Shown here: positions 24,591 through 39,989 of the stretch, piece after piece
Layout of the letters: every line of letters starts with the position of its first letter
How positions within the stretch are numbered: position 1 is the first letter of the stretch
NCBI RefSeq assembly: GCF_006345805.1
Contig: NC_043008.1
Location: 8,804,001-8,868,000, forward strand
Direction of reading: 5' to 3'
DNA: 64,000 bases
Source of the DNA: Octopus sinensis
Taxonomy: Eukaryota
The notes under the pieces: generated by a model
What the model was told of the DNA's origin: nothing
Seen by the model: only the letters and a program-made list of their open reading frames with translations
The model's database searches: none
Made by a program: the position numbers and the translations under genes

Positions 24591-25369
24591 ACAATATTCA
24601 TACCAAGACTGAAAGGATAATTGTAAAAATATAATTTTTAAAATATTACAAGAATCTAAGAATTAGAAATACCGTTAAGATACAAAGGGGACTCATGAAT
24701 CACATTATATTATCATACTGATTATTGTTTCATACAGATAAGTCAGGCTGAAAGAAACTGGTCTAGAATTCATTATACGTTGTTAAAAATATTTACTTTT
24801 CGTTTACATTCACATTTTTAGTTTAGTTGGATTAGTCTGTGTTGTGTTATGTCATTAAATTTGAAATAGCAGAGAACGGAACACTATACTGTCGCCTGGA
24901 ATTAATTTTTTTATTGATATAAGCTAAAGAAGTTTAATAAACGCTCACACACATTCACACACACACACTCGCTAACTGTTCAGAAAGCCAAGTTAGTTTG
25001 AAGTAAATATGAAATGGATACGGTTACTGATTTAATTCAGATCAAAGCAATTCGCACCAGTGCAAAATATGAAAGTAAAATGTATGAAATGACGGAAATA
25101 GTAATAAATATACGCATACACAGTGAGACACAGACACAGAAGCAGATGCATGCCAGCAGACATACATTCGCAATTATATACACACATACGGACACAAACA
25201 AAGATATTGGTTGAGGCTTTCGTGGTAGGAAGACGATCGGTTAGAAAACAATGTGTCTTAGATTATATAATTAATGCATTTGAGATGTTTTCTAAGCGAC
25301 TGTAGAGTTATAACATTTTAGTAAAAAGATGACGAAAAATCGGGTACCTTTGACGAATCGTTAAGTTAA

Positions 25370-25601
25370 GGCGGCGAGCTGGCAGAAACGTTAGCACGCC
25401 GGGCGAAATGCTTAGCGGTATTTCGTCTGCCGCTACCTTCTGAGTTCGAATTCCGCCGAGGTCGACTTTACCTTTCATCCTTTCGGGGTCGATAAATTAA
25501 GTACCAGTTACGCACTAGGATCGACGTAATCGACTTAATCCCTTTGTCTGTCCTTGTTTGTCCCCTCTATGTTTAGCCCCTTGTGGGCAATAAAGAAATA
25601 A
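25370..25601 (+). mobile_element. SINE family B, full length, young
   Basis: Perfect 15-bp TSD gaatcgttaagttaa (25355-25369, 25602-25616). Confidence 0.95.
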
Positions 25602-28600
25602 GAATCGTTAAGTTAAAGTGACGGAAGCAAACGAAGCAGATCGCCAAAGACACACACACATATATATATACACACACATACATATTACTTAAAATGCATT
25701 GGTTAGTCGAGGACTATAGTAGAGGTCACTTGTTCAGGGTGCTGCTTCGTTGGACTGAACATGAATCCAACCAGCTTGAAGACGAGCTTCCTGGCGATAC
25801 AGTCATGTTTGCGACCATTGAAATGCCTATGCCTGTACACACACACACACGCTCACACACATACACACACTCGCACAAACATACATATATATGTGTGTGT
25901 ATGCGAACGCGCATTGGAACATGTGTGTGGGAGCCGTGTGTGAGAGAGGAAGTGAGAGAAATGTTAGCGACGGCAGTACTCTTTGTAAGAAATATCAATA
26001 AGCTTTAAACAATATAAGCAGCCGTAATCGTCCCCGTAGATAATCTCCGACAGATATTTTGTGCTAAATAGCACAGATTACGTCGGCGGGTGAAATATCG
26101 GCAATATCGGTGGCCCAATGTTAAGTCGAATATCCGTGTAGCTACGTCACCTGCGTGTCATATATTGCGCTGTATTTTACTGTACTTAAATTTAAATCAG
26201 GCAATTATCAGAGGTTTTATTGCATTTTCCCCCTGGTGGTCATATAAAATGTATTTGCAATTCACATACGAAACATGGATACAAAAATAATAATAAAACG
26301 AGATTAAAGGCATCAATAAACTGTGCGATCTCATAATAGCTATGTCTTTATATGGCTTACTATTCGTAGGCATACAGATATATATCTGATATTGCTTTAT
26401 ACATACTATATTAATCAATTTGCAAGTATAGTACTTGGTCTGCCTGACCTGTTTATCACGATGTCAAAATTGATCACAATTTCATATCTTATGTCGGTGG
26501 GAATCGGTATTACATTTGTTATGTTATCATTAAATTCCACAGAGATTCTATAATCTACATAGGTCGTATTTAATGATAAACTTCATATTGATTCTATGGA
26601 TCTCAACACAACATTTGTAATATTTATAAGTTATACATCTCTGTAGTTCTGCTTAGCACCCCAAAGAAAATAAATCACGATCAATCTCAATTAAGTGACT
26701 GAGATTTAACGTTGCTATGATAGCGTTCCTAATATTCATTGACATCCCGTCTATTTGATTATATGAGCCATACGAGTGTTAAGCATTGGGATATATGCAA
26801 TCTGGCTTGTGATAAAGGTCTACCGCGTTATTATCTTACTATCGTGGTCTACATAACATATCTAGTTAATATTTGACATAGTAAATGTTCAAAATATTTA
26901 TGTATATTTGATACCTACTCACTAGATTTACATTTGTCGATTTAGCAATAAATAAGTAGACATTCTTCAGAATCTAATTTAAGCGTATGAGATTTGAAAT
27001 GTGCTTCGTGTTTCCATGCGTAACTGGAATATGTTGTTCCATCTGATCACGAATCATCTTTGTTAAAGTGTTTATCTGGACTTGCTTAACATCTATATCC
27101 CTCCACCATCATTTCGAGAATATCCCTAGCTACGTGTGACTATATACCGTTCAATGCTGCTCTGCTGGACACTAATAGATGTAACAGTAGCTATTATTTT
27201 GGCTTTTTCCTCATTGACGTAAAAAGCCCCTTTCTGTGACTCCCTGTGAGGTGCCATTTAACATATTAACACAAGGAGTCAGTATGGAGAGCCACTAACT
27301 TTTCATGCTGCCTTCCGACATCCCACACGTCGGAGAGGTAGTCAAATCGTATTCTATGGACTCAACCATGTTCTAAAATAAGCCGAAAGGTAAGCCACTA
27401 TAAATCGGCACGAACTTTCCGGACAACCCAATACTTTTCAAATGGCATGGTATAAATAATATTTGATTAAGTGTCCTTTTGGTGGTCATGCGGTGAGGAT
27501 GATATTTGCATTTCTTTCGCTATTGGCGTTGGTGGTGATATTGGTCTCCTGCACAATATCTGTGATGCACAAACGTAGCACTCTTTCTGGTGATCCCTTT
27601 GTCGCTGTTGTAGCAAATCCCTGTTGTTGCTATAAACTATTTTGCATTTGCACAGATTCGATGTAACATCATCGGTGATGAAGCTGTTAGTATGGGTTCG
27701 TGTCTAACTGGTGGTGATTATGGCAGCTGTGACGGGCGTTAATAGTGCCGATCTCACGTATACCACATTCTTGCATCCACCTTTTACCACAATGGATTTG
27801 ATATGACAATATTTTGAAAACAAAAGAAATGGAATGATTTTACTTGGTTTACGAGAAAAATAGTGCGAAAATAATAATTTCATTACGATCTCTGTCTCAC
27901 AACAATAATAAAAAAGATTTTTTTTTTAAATATTTATTAGGACAAAAATAAAAATCATGACACGTTGTCAGAAATAAAAATAATTTTATAATAACAAAAA
28001 AGGTGACCGCATTTTTTAAAAATTAGACAAGCATTTCTCAATTCTTTAATTTCGTATCAAACTATACATCAAGTTTTACAAAAATTTCTGGAGCACTTTC
28101 CATGAAAACTGTTTAAAAATACTGTTACGAAGTCTTAATTCATCATAAAAAGTTATTAACAACACGTTTTTATATCAAATTATAAATACGTTTTTCAGTA
28201 TGCTCATTGTGTTGTCTTGAATTTTTTAAGATTATATTTTCAAAAACTCGTGGCGAGTAGTTTTGAGAATCACTGCAATAATTACTGTGTTATTATTCTT
28301 TTGTCGATGTGAGTCTAGTATTTATAATCTCCCAGTTAAAATTGTATATATGTACATGAATTCCTCAAGCATTGGAATTCGTGAAATGATCGGATAAATC
28401 CATCTGGGGAAGATATGAACTCATATCTCTTATCACTAAATAGAAAATACGGATATCTCTCCTCTTTGATTGCTTTACATAATATTCATACCAATAATAA
28501 ATACGGAGTTGCCCCATGCACCACTTCTTAAATTTGTTTAACAATGATGAAAGGAAACATGGCCCTTATCAATACGCTTATTATACCATCGTTAGTGGGG

Positions 28601-28878
28601 TGATTGCAAATAACAGTCTCATAATCTTTCTGCAAAGTAGTTCGACTTTGGCAAAATTACATCTACAGACAGGGTGATGCATTAACTGCAACTCCGTCGG
28701 TTATCACCAAGCCACTGCATATGTTCAACTGCACCGGGCCCCTGCTTCTTTAAGACCCTGTAAATTCATAGACATTCCTTCACTTACTTAGCAACAGAAA
28801 TCTGTCCATAATATATACACTAAAAAATAAATGTACTGAACACAAGACAGTATCATAACTAAGATTTTATATATAGAA

Positions 28879-29094
28879 GCTTGCATGGTGTTGTGGTAAG
28901 ACGTTTGCTTCCCAATGACGTAGTTCTGGGTTCAGTCCTACTGTGTGATATCTTGAGCATTTGTCTCTTATATGGCACATGGCTGACCAAGGCCTCGTGA
29001 ATGGGTTTGGTAGGCGGGAACCGAAAGTAGCCCGCTGTATGTATGTATGTATGTATGTATGTATGTATGTATGTATGTGTGTATGTATGTATGT

Positions 29095-29164
<70 letters not shown>

Positions 29165-29425
29165 TGAGAGATGCAGTTATAGAGATATGTCTTTGTATGG
29201 ATGAATGTATCTATGTGTTATACCTTTGTGCTTGTACCTTGGTACCACCTGACCACCAGTTTTAGCTTGGTAACATCCACGTAACTTGGTAGTTCGGCAT
29301 ACTATAGCGAAAGAGAGTGCGTAGCAAGCTTCAAAACAAGTACTAAGGTTGATTCTTTCGACTAAAGCACTTCAAGGCGGTGCCCCTGCATGGCCACAGT
29401 CCAATGTCTAAAACAAGTAAACCAT
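28879..29425 (+). mobile_element. SINE family A, diverged, with internal (ATGT)n(GATA)n
   Basis: Head, core and tail homologous to 2982-3377. Confidence 0.8.
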
Positions 29426-29944
29426 AAAAAAGGAAAGATACCAACGGATCATTCGACTTTTACGCAGTTAAAATTCATTTTCTATACAATGAAATATGTA
29501 GATGGCTGAGTCGATACATTGTTAACCTATTGTCACAAGTGTGTGTGTGTGTGTGTGTGGTGTATGTATGTGTGTGTTCCCTATCGAGTCAACGACGCAG
29601 CAACATGATAAGGTTAAATCACTTAACTCACTGAATAAATTTAGATGTAAATAAAATATCGTTCGTACGTAGAGCTTACGGTTATAAATAACAGAGGGAA
29701 AAAAAAACAGAATATTGATTTCCTTCGTAGGGACAAAACCACAATAACTGCATATTGATCAATGACTTATTGAATTTTTAAAGCTATTAGAAATATAATT
29801 CACATACTTACTAGAGTTGATGTGTTTTATCCCCCAAGTCAGCTCTGATCAAGTAAACCTATAATCAAATATGTTCCGACTGACTGTTTCCAGCCCGTCT
29901 TCACTTCAGATAGAGTCACAAAGACCAAAGCATCTGATATCTCC

Positions 29945-30360
29945 TTTACTCTTTTACTTGTTTCAGTCATTTGACTGCGGTTGTGCTAGAGCACCGCCTT
30001 CAGTCGAGCAAATCGACCCCAGGACCTATTCTTTTCTAAGCCTGGTACTTATTCTATCGGTCTCTTTTTGCCGAACCGCTAAGTGACGGGGACGTAAACA
30101 CACCAGCATCGGTTGTCAAGCGATGTTGGGGGGACAAACACAGACACACAAACATATACACACACATACATACATACACATATATACATATATACATATA
30201 TACGACGGGCTTCTTTCAGTTTCCGTCTACCAAATCCACTCAAATAGGCTTTGGTCGACCCGAAGCTATAGTAGAAGATACTTGCCCAAGGTTCCACGCA
30301 GTGGGACTGAACCCGGAATCATGCGGTTGGTAAGCAAGCTATTTACCACACAGCCACCCC
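29945..30360 (-). mobile_element. SINE family A, full length
   Basis: Reverse complement of the family A sequence with internal (CA/TA)n. Confidence 0.9.
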
Positions 30361-31054
30361 TACCCCTTCATTATGATTTTTATGACGGCGTTGTGCGATT
30401 GAGGGAAAGTTGGTGATGGCCTATAGCAGATTGTACTATGGCCTACAGGCTACCTTTGTTTCATAGTTACAGCTGTTTTTATTAAGGTAATTATGCGCTT
30501 CACGAAATAAAATTAGTTCAGAGAGACCAGTTTTATTCATTGAACAACGTATAGGTTTGAAATATGCTATCAAAGGTCTTCAAGCGGCGCTTTTTACAGC
30601 GTCTGTATTCTATTGTATTCAATATGAAGAACCGTTAATATCGTAAATCTAATTGCTTGTAAAAGTACAAATATAATTTCATTTTCAATTATATTTTATT
30701 TGCCAGCTAATAAAACAGCTGGTAGATGAAATAATACTTATTAAATGCAATTAAATTACATTAATACTTAATTAGAGTTGATTATTAATTACCCAAAAGT
30801 TACTTCAGTAAATACGATTCTGAAGTAGTACAGTTTATTTGACAATTGTCATTACCAATATAAATAAATATTAGTCTGAACCTCAAACTATATATTCGTA
30901 TTTGTAACAGATTGCTATTCATATACTCTGTTTGCATAACCAACATTTCCTGGCGATTTTTTATCGCAACCAATAATTGATTTGAAAACTATGTTTTTAA
31001 TGTCTGAGTAATTACGATTAAAATTGAATACATTGACAGAAACACAAAGAAGTC

Positions 31055-31401
31055 AATATATATATATATATATATATGTGTCTGTCTGTCTGTGTGTGAG
31101 CGTGTGTGTTTGCGTATGTGTGTATGTATATACATATATATGTATGTATATACATATATATATATATGTGTGTATATAATATATATATGTACGTACATAT
31201 ATGCGTAAGTATATATATCTCTATATATATGTGTACATATACGTGTACATATGTATATATACATATGTATACATATATATATATATTATATATATATGTA
31301 TACATATATACATACATATATATATATACATATATATATATGTATATATATACATATACATATATATATGTATATATATATATATATATATATTATAATA
31401 T

Positions 31402-31444
<43 letters not shown>

Positions 31445-31662
31445 GTATATATATATATATATATATAATATATATATATATTATATATATATATATATAC
31501 TACAAATATATATATATAATATCATTACTATAGATATTCATAATTAACACTTTGCTTTAATACGGATTAAAATAGATAACACATTCTGCATTAACTTATT
31601 CATGGTATATTTATGTCTTTCGGGAATGACAAAGTAAACACACACACACACACACACACACA

Positions 31663-31743
<81 letters not shown>

Positions 31744-31790
31744 ACACATTTACGTCTATATGTATATAATATATATATATGTATGTACAT
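31055..31790. repeat. Long (TA)n-rich compound microsatellite region
   Basis: Direct reading. Confidence 0.9.
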
Positions 31791-34175
31791 TATATCTTTC
31801 TTATTCGAATTATACATTTGTATTTTTAACACATCTAACGAAACTAGAAGTATAATATTAACTTTCCTTATCCACAAAGTTATTTTTGTTTATCGAATAC
31901 TACAATAATGCAGCCGTTTCTTGTCATAAAAACAACCATTACGAAAAACCGTGTAGAAAGTTGCGAATCTCTTCTTGAATAAGTAAAAAGAATTAAAACT
32001 TCTGTCATTAAAAATAAAAAAAGAAACCAAAAGAGATCAGATTGCTTTAAAAGAATTATACTATTTGTTGATAAACGATACTGGGAGACAATTCCAGACA
32101 TCTTGTCTTCTGCTTCTGATTTTTCGTGACGTATAACCTAGCTCAGCGTTGTATGAAACACTGTCAGTGAAAGAATAAAGTAGAAATATTTGAAGAGATC
32201 TGTTTTTTTTTTAATTTTGTTTCTGTTTTTTTTTTGTTTTTTGTTTTTTGCATTGTCACCATCCTTACTGCGCCGGGATTTTGATATGAAAAATTGAAAT
32301 ATTTTGCGTTGTAAATTTTCTTTTCTCCAATCCGAGGACTTGTAAGATGAGTCTCGCGCTTCTATGGTGTATAAATAACAGATATTTCTTTAAGTCACCG
32401 TTAGCTGACGGTTCGACAGAACCACCGACAGAATACGCACCAAACTTTAAAAAATAAGTACTGGAGCGATTAGGTTGATTAAATCTGTCAAAGTTCTGAT
32501 CCAAAACGGCCGTAATCCATTGACTAAAACAGGTAGAAAGAAAAAAATAAAAGAACATATTTTTAGTGAAGTTTCAAATAAAACATGTTTTTAATACTAA
32601 TTGCACTTCGTTTGGACACGGTTTCTTCGAATATTAGATTCTTCGGCAATCCACAGAAACTGCTTCTATGCTGCGTGCGTTATTACTTACACGGCTTCAG
32701 TCACAAATCAGACGGTTGGTACATTCAAAATATAGGGCACAATAGAAATCTACATGAACGATATTAAGATATCGAGTCGAGAGGGACGATTAGAAATTTT
32801 GGCCCCGGAAGGTTTTAGTTCCGAATCTATGATTACAAAAATAACAAATGTATTATCGCACTTGTTGGTATGGTATACCTGTTGATATATGCTATACCAA
32901 TACATTAAATAACTACGCAAATGATTTATATTTGTTAGCTGTAAACGACATTACACTCGTAACGGACAATTGAATACATAAACGCCACTTGAATTTTGAT
33001 GTGACTGAAGGCCTTGATTTACGGGCAAGTGGAAATAAGATTTCCATACCTTCAAATACTTACCTTATTTTTACCGTAAATGTTAACAAATCGAATTTGT
33101 TCTGGATCCGAAACGAAGACACTTTCAGGATGTTAATATGCTTGCTCTATTCATTGTCGCCTTCAATGAATACCCATACGTTTCGATTCACACAACTGTT
33201 TGGATTTAAATAGAGTTCGATAAGATTACATAACACTTCGTACGATATGAAGCTTTACTCACTTTTTGAAGAGTTATATCCAATTCATTTCGACTTCTAC
33301 GCTGTCGTAGGCTTCAGTCTCATTCGATAAAAGAAATATCTCATTATAGGTAAAGATTGAAAGGAATATCTCCACAGTACGCAACAATTGTCTTCCAAAT
33401 AAACGTGTTTGATTGTTCTTCAGTATAAGACAGTTAAGCGAGTGACTCAAAGCGCGATCATGTATAAGGTCATCACTTTTGCTTCTGGATCGTACCTCCT
33501 GCTTGGCTCGGTTTTACTGTTTATCATTCTCAAATCGGTATATGAACAAATAATGGTTTCAAAGTGAGGCGCAAGACCAACAGTATTGAGCGAAAGGGTT
33601 TAGGCGATACCACTGATCCCAGTATTTGACATACCTGTCAAATACTGGAGTCAGTGGTGCCTGGAGAGATGACAAAATTGATCCGGGGAAGCGTGGTGAA
33701 TTTAAACTCAAAATGGAAGCAGCCGGAACCAATGCCACAAAGAACTTTCTCTCGAATATTGTCAGCTCAACTTATTTAATGATTTCTGAGTTAGAGACGA
33801 GGATAGCACATTTTAGTTGAAGGTTTTAGAAGATGCTATCAATTCCAGTACTTCGTTGATAAGTTATTTCATCGAACCGAAAGGATAAATGGCAAGTTTG
33901 ACACCGGCAGCAGTCAAACTCATAACGTAAAGCATTTTGTTCGATGCTCAGCGCATTTTTTAATGCGTCCCTCGGGAAATATGAAACAATAAATCAAGTA
34001 ATACCTTGCAGTAGTTGTAGTTGTAGACATCTCCACGACAACATGGACAGTCTGTAAATAATAAAATAATATTGCCATTAGTTCTAACATTGAGTGAATG
34101 ACCATAGAATATGGTCATTCAATATTAGCCCATCTTCAACATTGAAGTATTCAAATATGGATTGTATATATTTCG

Positions 34176-34582
34176 TTACTACCCACAAGAGGCTAAACAC
34201 GGATGGAACAAACAAGGACAGACAAGCGGATTAAGTCGATTACAACAACCACAGTGCGTAACTGGTACTTAATTTATCGACCCCGAAAGGATGAAAGGCA
34301 AAGTGGACCTCGGCGGAATTTGAACCCAGAACGTAAAGACAGATGAAATACCTATTTCTTTACTACCCACAAGGGGCTAAACACAGAGTGGACAAACAAG
34401 GACAGACAAACGGATTAAGTCGATTATGTCGACCTCAGTGCGTAACTGGTACTTATTTAATCGACCCCGAAAGGATGAAAGGCAAAGTCGACCTCGGCGG
34501 AATTTGAACCCAGAACGTAACAGCAGACAAAATACGGCTACGCATTTCGCCCGGCGTGCTAACGGTTCTGCCAGCTCGCCGC
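34176..34582 (-). mobile_element. SINE family B head-to-tail dimer (full copy 34351-34582 plus 5'-truncated copy)
   Basis: Two adjacent copies of ctacccacaag...gaacccagaacgtaa. Confidence 0.9.
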
Positions 34583-36641
34583 TTGTGTATTGTATAGTCT
34601 CTACAGCAATTTGGATTGTAGCAGTTGTAGAGAAATATGACCCTGCTGTGGATATCATATATCCGAAATAAATGTGTTTTCTTAATAACTGTCACGTTGA
34701 ATGAATGTAAAATAGGACACAGTTAGGAAAAGATTTATTCTAGTGTCATCTTGACCAACAACATAATCAGACAAACAGAGAATCAATCGATCGATCGGTC
34801 AACCTATTAGAGGAGATATCACGAATATTTCCTTATCTTTAACTTGGCGTTGTCTGGAAGTAACGGTAACCGATGAACTAGGTGTATGGCGAACAAGATA
34901 TCCGGGTGATTTAAATATTTCATTATTATTCAGCATTGAAGTAATTACGAAATAATAATGCTTTTTTTTAATATATCCCATGTGATTGAAAGCGTCACAA
35001 TTTTTATCCAACCTAAATCTACATTACCCAAGTCCATTAAGAATATTGTTTATGCACGAGAATAACCACGTTTGAATATTACAACTAAACTATCAAAGAA
35101 GTAATTTAGAAAGAAAAATGAAAATAGAATGTGTCGATGGAATATTCTTTCAAGGCTACAGATGTGTGAATACTTCTAACGCTTCTAGTCTAATTATATT
35201 TCCTCAAATTCAACATTAACACTAATTGTGTGAAAATTGATTGAACTTTCGAAGGAAAATAAGTAAATTAACTCTTAATTAATTGGAGTGGTATGAATTT
35301 AAATTTCCTCAAATAATTAACGAAGAATATATTGAATTAATAACTAAAAAAAACAAATTCTTAATTTATTTAAAGTTGTTAATGTTATAAAATTCAAATG
35401 CAGAAAATATTGGAATAATATGCATGTGACTAGAAAAGGAAAAATATTTTCATATAAGGTGTTTGGGAAATGAAATGTATTTTCCAATGCTATAATTATA
35501 TTCTTTATATGGAATTTACATTTCTTTAGTTACTATTGAATATTCTCTTGCATATCATTTTGACATAACTCTATAAAAATCGTTTGTATTGAAATGTTAA
35601 CTTATTACTTATTTGGTTGTATTCTGAAAATTATTTTACTATGGCACTATTTTCTGTCACGAATTAATGTTTTCTTCACACATTTTCTGTTTCGTCGGTC
35701 GTTAATCCTTATATTTAAAACTTAGGTCGTTTTGATAGACATAGGAGTAGACAGCCAGAAAGAAAATGTAGATAAAGAGACAGATGGGTGCATATATTTA
35801 TCTTAAAATAATATAATTATTTAAAACGCCACAGAGCTAAATAATAAACTAATTGGTAATATTTTAATAATTATATAATGCGATGTTTAGTAAACAAGTA
35901 ACTTTATAGACTGCCTGAAATTGAATGCCAGCGTCAAAGATTTAACTTAATATTGCTTAAAAATCTGTAAAAATAGAAATTGCTATTCAGTTGAAATAAT
36001 AAAATAAATGCAAAATATTATCATAGCGTCAAAGTTAATTTAGAGCTTTAATATGGTAACGACGAAACAAATTTTAAATAATATTTAAAAATCAAGATAA
36101 AAATAGATGTATTGTGATTCTATTTGGAGACTGTAATTTTGACGCTAACTTTCACCCACATGCTGTTTAAAAGGATGAAGATCACATCTTTTGGTTACAT
36201 CATTTCCAGATATCAATGTACCTATTACCACTTTTTAAGAGAGATAGGCATGTATCAAATTATGTTTCCGAAGATATAATGAAATAGATTTAAAGCTGAA
36301 TTGCACGAATTATCAATACACTAATTAGTGTATATGGTCATTTCAAAAGAGATACAAGTAAGTTGCTAGCTAAATTATCATATAAATAGAATATATAATG
36401 TCAGCGTCATAAGAAAATATTCAAGTATTTCAGATGTGTTAATAATAAAATATATAAAATCACAATAAATATGACAGGATTCGATGTTTTGTGATCTTTG
36501 TTCTGGAGCAAATTAAACGTATCTGCTGTTGATAATTCAAAACCATGCCACTTAGCCAACGTCATGAGATGATATTGCTGCCATGTATAAATTACTAGCG
36601 TAATGGATGTCCAGTTACAGTCCATCCCTGTTATATAATAG

Positions 36642-36920
36642 TTTCACTTTAATAGTTTCAGTATTAAAGTGAAAGCATGTGACATTACAATAGAGAGATG
36701 GTTTTGTTTCACTTTTAACACGTAATACTGAAATAGGGGAGAAGATATGATATTGCTGTGGGCTCGCACTAGGCAAAAAGTTAAAAAGATTTTTTTGCCC
36801 ATGACACTACATGGACCCTAAGTAAGGCATGTGTATAATTTGAATGAAATTGGTTGTGTAGTTCTCAAGTTTTATGGATTCACACAGATAGACAGAGATT
36901 CTCAGTTTTATATATATAAA
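36642..36920 (+). mobile_element. Possible non-autonomous Helitron/HINE-like element
   Basis: 13-bp perfect hairpin at the left end; right end aaattggttgtgtagttctcaag...cacacagatagacagag...ttttatatata resembles non-autonomous rolling-circle element ends. Confidence 0.35.
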
Positions 36921-38159
36921 TAGTTATAACATGAAATATTTGAAGCAAAATGGTGACGGGAATTAGTAAGAATGGAAATCTTTGAATGCTGAAATATCAC
37001 TCTTCAGCTAATGGCCATCTATATGTCTCATTATTTTATCGAAATCCTTCTACAGGTGTATTGAAACATAACGACATATTTCACAATTAATAAATATGCA
37101 GGCAATAGTTTCAGTCTCAAACTTCAGGTTGTTTAAAAATATAATACAAATATAGTGTATAATTTTGTTCATCAAACAAGGAATTCATAAAATATTGCTA
37201 CGTTTATCTGTTAGTAAATGAAAGTAATCACCTTGTTTAAGATTTCCATGGTATGATATGATGCGCACTAGTAACTTGGTATAGCTTATGAGCACCTGAA
37301 CTTAATTTCATCGGCAACGCAAGCAAAGTTGATTGAATGACATTTTTCTTTTCTAGAGTGAATATTTTCTAAATTTTCTAGTACATTCTAATGGCAGATG
37401 GGTGAACTCCCATTTACAGATTTTAATGTCTTTTACTGAGTCTATGAAATAAGCACTTTGAACACCTAATCAATTATCATCGTACGAGTTAGTTAGAAGG
37501 TATGTGTTATAAAATTAAAAATCTGTTAGCAATTCCTTCGAAGAAATTGTGAAATGAATATAGGAAGAGAGGAACTCTAAAAGAAATGTTTGTTCTGTAG
37601 TTGTCTGTTTGTTGCCTGTATGACACGCTAGTCGCATGTATATAGAATAAAGAGTGCTATAGTTGTTAGAGGGGTACTAGTTAGTTGGATCAGCATAATA
37701 ATAAACATAACATTTCTCTAATGAAATTATGCATTTATCTAATTGATGTCATAAATTTCAACTATGTGAAGTCGACCTGAATTTAGCTCTCTAAAGATGT
37801 CAGAACATGCCTATCACAGAATTTTCACAATAGCTTTGTGTCTTTCCAAAATGTATACCAGCAATTATTTACAAAATTTACCAGGAAAACATTTTAAGGT
37901 ATCTTCAATTAATCCATTGATTTCTTTTTGCCTTTTTGATCATTTGATCATTTTAAAGTGTGGTACGCGAAATATTTTTTACTCGTTAGATCAGTTTATG
38001 TAAAAATAACAAATATGGGATCAGTTGTAAAACTAACATAAAATCAAACTAGCATCAAATTTAATTAGTGAATTAAATCTGAAAACTAACGAAATTTTGA
38101 GCCCTCCAAAGAATTACTACTCGACGTGTTCCTCAAATATAGGCAAGTACATCCACATG

Positions 38160-38305
38160 TACACACACACACACACAACACACACACACACAGAGTCACA
38201 CGTACACACACAAACACACACATATATATATACATGCATATAGACAGATGGGCAGAAACTGATATTCATACAGAGACGCATATATAAGTATATGTACGTA
38301 TGTAT

Positions 38306-38372
<67 letters not shown>

Positions 38373-38555
38373 ACAATTGAGGGTAAAATTAATTAATTAA
38401 TCAATTCCACCAAGTGTTCAGTATGTAGAAGGACCATTTAAGGCGAATTCAAAATATTACATTATATAATTAGGGCTTAGTAAATTAAATTACTTTGCCA
38501 CATACTGACTTAGTAGAAATAGCAGCCCAAAAAAATTTTCGTAGCATTTCTACTA

Positions 38556-38630
<75 letters not shown>

Positions 38631-38633
38631 TAT

Positions 38634-38705
<72 letters not shown>

Positions 38706-38793
38706 AGGCGGTGCTATTAAGTTAGACATGGCCTGGGCCAATAATGGCCGAAACCTATCAAAGTATCAAAGTATATATACACACATATATATA

Positions 38794-38825
<32 letters not shown>

Positions 38826-38853
38826 AATATATGCAAGCGTATGCGAGTTCTTG

Positions 38854-38888
<35 letters not shown>

Positions 38889-39012
38889 CACACACACACA
38901 CAGAGTCACACGTACACACACAAACACACACATATATATATACATGCATATAGACAGATGGGCAGAAACTGATATTCATACAGAGACGCATATATAAGTA
39001 TATGTACGTATG

Positions 39013-39077
<65 letters not shown>

Positions 39078-39258
39078 ACAATTGAGGGTAAAATTAATTA
39101 ATTAATCAATTTCACCAAGTGTTCAGTATGTAGAAGGACCATTTAAGGCGAATTCAAAATATTACATTATATAATTAGGGCTTAGTAAATTAAATTACTT
39201 TGCCACATACTGAACTTAGTAGAAATAGCAGCCCAAAAAAATTTTCGTAGCATTTCTA

Positions 39259-39301
<43 letters not shown>

Positions 39302-39303
39302 TA

Positions 39304-39400
<97 letters not shown>

Positions 39401-39486
39401 AGGTGGTGCTATTAAGTTAGACATGGCCTGGGCCAATAATGGCCGAAACCTATCAAAGTATCAAAGTATATATACACACATATATA

Positions 39487-39528
<42 letters not shown>

Positions 39529-39568
39529 TATGCAAGCGTATGCGAGTTCTTGCTCTCTCACACACACA

Positions 39569-39610
<42 letters not shown>
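38160..39610. repeat. Tandem duplication, ~2 copies of a ~700-bp unit
   Basis: cagagtcacacgtac at 38191 and 38901; accagg[c/t]ggtgc at 38703 and 39398; unique parts nearly identical. Confidence 0.9.
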
Positions 39611-39612
<2 letters not shown>

Positions 39613-39767
39613 TATTTACACGTAGGCATAGAAACTGCACGTATGTTGCGAGCTGTTTCAAAACTGCTTTAGCTTATTGATTGTTTTCTCTCAGCTTTGT
39701 AGATTTTAAATATTCAAATCACATTGTAACTTGTTTGTTTGTCTTTGGTATCAAACCAATTTAGAGA

Positions 39768-39770
<3 letters not shown>

Positions 39771-39804
<34 letters not shown>

Positions 39805-39819
39805 CCGGGTCTCTCTCTT

Positions 39820-39868
<49 letters not shown>
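39771..39868. repeat. (CT)n microsatellite
   Basis: Direct reading. Confidence 0.95.
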
Positions 39869-39870
<2 letters not shown>

Positions 39871-39989
39871 TTCAGTATTTTATTCATCGTCGTTTGTCTC
39901 ACTCCTCTTAATGATTTGACTGTTCCTTCGAACGTAAATATATTTTTTATTAAAACTTTCCATTCAATCTCAATAAGAATATAAAAATA

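Noticed and set aside
26400-27780. Possible Gypsy gag/pol remnant (knuckle-like GICYNSDKG...KEC on the minus strand)
   Set aside because: Needs frameshifts to see, and no LTRs or RT/integrase motifs are recognisable; too weak to list as a feature.
38715-38765. Hammerhead at tggcc...ggccgaaacc
   Set aside because: No CTGANGA core upstream and no stem I.
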